In this document: in pieces, positions 62,626 to 64,000 of the stretch
How the letters are laid out: each line of letters opens with the position of its first letter
How positions within the stretch are numbered: position 1 is the first letter of the stretch
NCBI RefSeq assembly: GCF_004010195.1
Contig: NC_057719.1
Coordinates: 69,812,401-69,876,400, forward strand
Direction of reading: 5' to 3'
DNA: 64,000 nt
Origin: Chiloscyllium plagiosum
Taxonomy: Eukaryota
The notes under the pieces: model-generated
What the model saw: the letters and a program-made list of their open reading frames with translations, nothing else
Told to the model about the DNA's origin: nothing
Database searches by the model: none
Position numbers and translations under genes: made by a program

Positions 62626-63265
62626 TTTATGTATAGTTCAATTGATTGTAGTTGGGCTGTTTCACATGTTAGAGGAAAGAAAGTTAGAGCAGATTTTGAT
62701 TCGCATCTTTCACAGACCAGTTTAGGTGTTGGCACATAACAAATGTGTTTGGCTCATTCCAGCTTGTACTGCCTTAGAAACACCTAAGTTACAAATATTG
62801 GTGAAGTGCAAAACCACAATATAATGGAAGACATGAGGCAGTCAGTACATAAAAGCATTAAGAAAATACTAGGTCAGGAACAATCACAAGAATAATTTTC
62901 ATCCTCACTTCTTTGGCAGTAATTTGCTGAAGCTGTGTCCCAATTTTGTCCCCAAGCAAAACCAAATTGAGTAAATTCTGCAAATTCTCGTTACCAAATT
63001 ACCTTCCAGCCACTGAGGATGTTAATTACTCTCCTTCATTCCCCTTCTTTATCTGGTTTAAATTCCAACTCTCCACTTGGAAGGTACAACCAATATGTAT
63101 TTCTGGTCAAGATGCTTCAAATTGATCTTGAAGAGCTCTGACTTACTACCTTGCCAAACTATTCATTGAATAGTCAGTTAAGGAGCACTTTTCTTAATTC
63201 CAGCTGCAAGCTTTCCTCTTCCACTATTCTGGCAGAAACCAAATTCATGGGGAGCATCAACAGCA

Positions 63266-63284
63266 CAGCCACTAGATGGCACCT
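63266..63284 (+). promoter_or_regulatory. CTCF-like binding motif
   Basis: CAGCCACTAGATGGCACCT closely matches the CTCF core (CCACYAGRKGGCRC), in sequence I did not recognise as a repeat. Confidence 0.5.
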
Positions 63285-64000
63285 ATGATTTACAGGGGAA
63301 ATCTGCATGAAGCACAAAAAACTGCAGTACTCACACATTCTATTGGATGTTTAATACAATGAAGGTCCATAGCTCACATATCATAACAATCAATCATTTA
63401 GACCCAATAGCATAAAATGGCTGAGATGAAAATCACTAACTATCATGCATTGCCCAACTTGCATTACTTTAAAGACTCCATTGCAACACACTGTTATCAT
63501 TTCATCAGTTATGCAGACATTCCAGCAAATGTGCTACTCCACTTATATCACAGTTAAAACTGTAAAACAAGCACCATTTATGACTTGTAATTACTCACAT
63601 TTTAAATTTTGCCACTTCCATGTTGTTTGAAAACATCCCAAAACAATTTATAATTGAGCAATGTGTAGCTCTGGTACTTTGGCTGAGACGTGAGACTTCA
63701 ACTGAGTGCAAAGATTGCAGCTTCTTAACTATTGGTATCATTCCCAATAACTCTCACCACCCTAAGGCAGCTCAAACAGTGGTGCAGTTAATTAAAGGAT
63801 GGCAGCTGAAACATCAAAATGATCTCATTAAGGGAAATAAGCAAATTAGACCAAACAAATCGATCACCCATCAATTTTCTATGATCAGAAATGCAATGCA
63901 AACAGCCAGAAATCTTTTTGATTGTACCTTTGATATTCACGGCTAAGTATCTGTTAATTGAACACCAACATTTTGCAATGATATGCTTTTTAAAAAACTA

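Overview
Eukaryotic, AT-rich DNA made mostly of decayed transposable elements. It is very probably from an elasmobranch (shark/ray), an inference from HE1-like V-SINEs, abundant CR1 LINEs and Deu-domain SINEs. I could not identify any intact host gene; there are only one or two candidate minus-strand exons. Contents: (1) many CR1-clade LINE copies, one nearly full length with zinc-finger/esterase ORF1 and APE-RT ORF2; (2) a degenerate Ty3/Gypsy element with Gmr1-type domain order (gag-PR-INT-RT-RH); (3) many Penelope-like elements (PLEs) and foldback derivatives carrying minimal hammerhead-ribozyme motifs; (4) Tx1-like LINE fragments, SINEs and pogo/Tigger-like MITEs; (5) a 591-N assembly gap. 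The most unusual structure is at 6242-7004: seven copies of an 8-nt motif (AGGAGTGT) inside a solo LTR, separated by variable A-tailed pieces, most of them from one Tx1-like LINE. Other Tx1 pieces in the window also carry poly(A) tails at internal positions. Family names come from motif recognition, not database searches.
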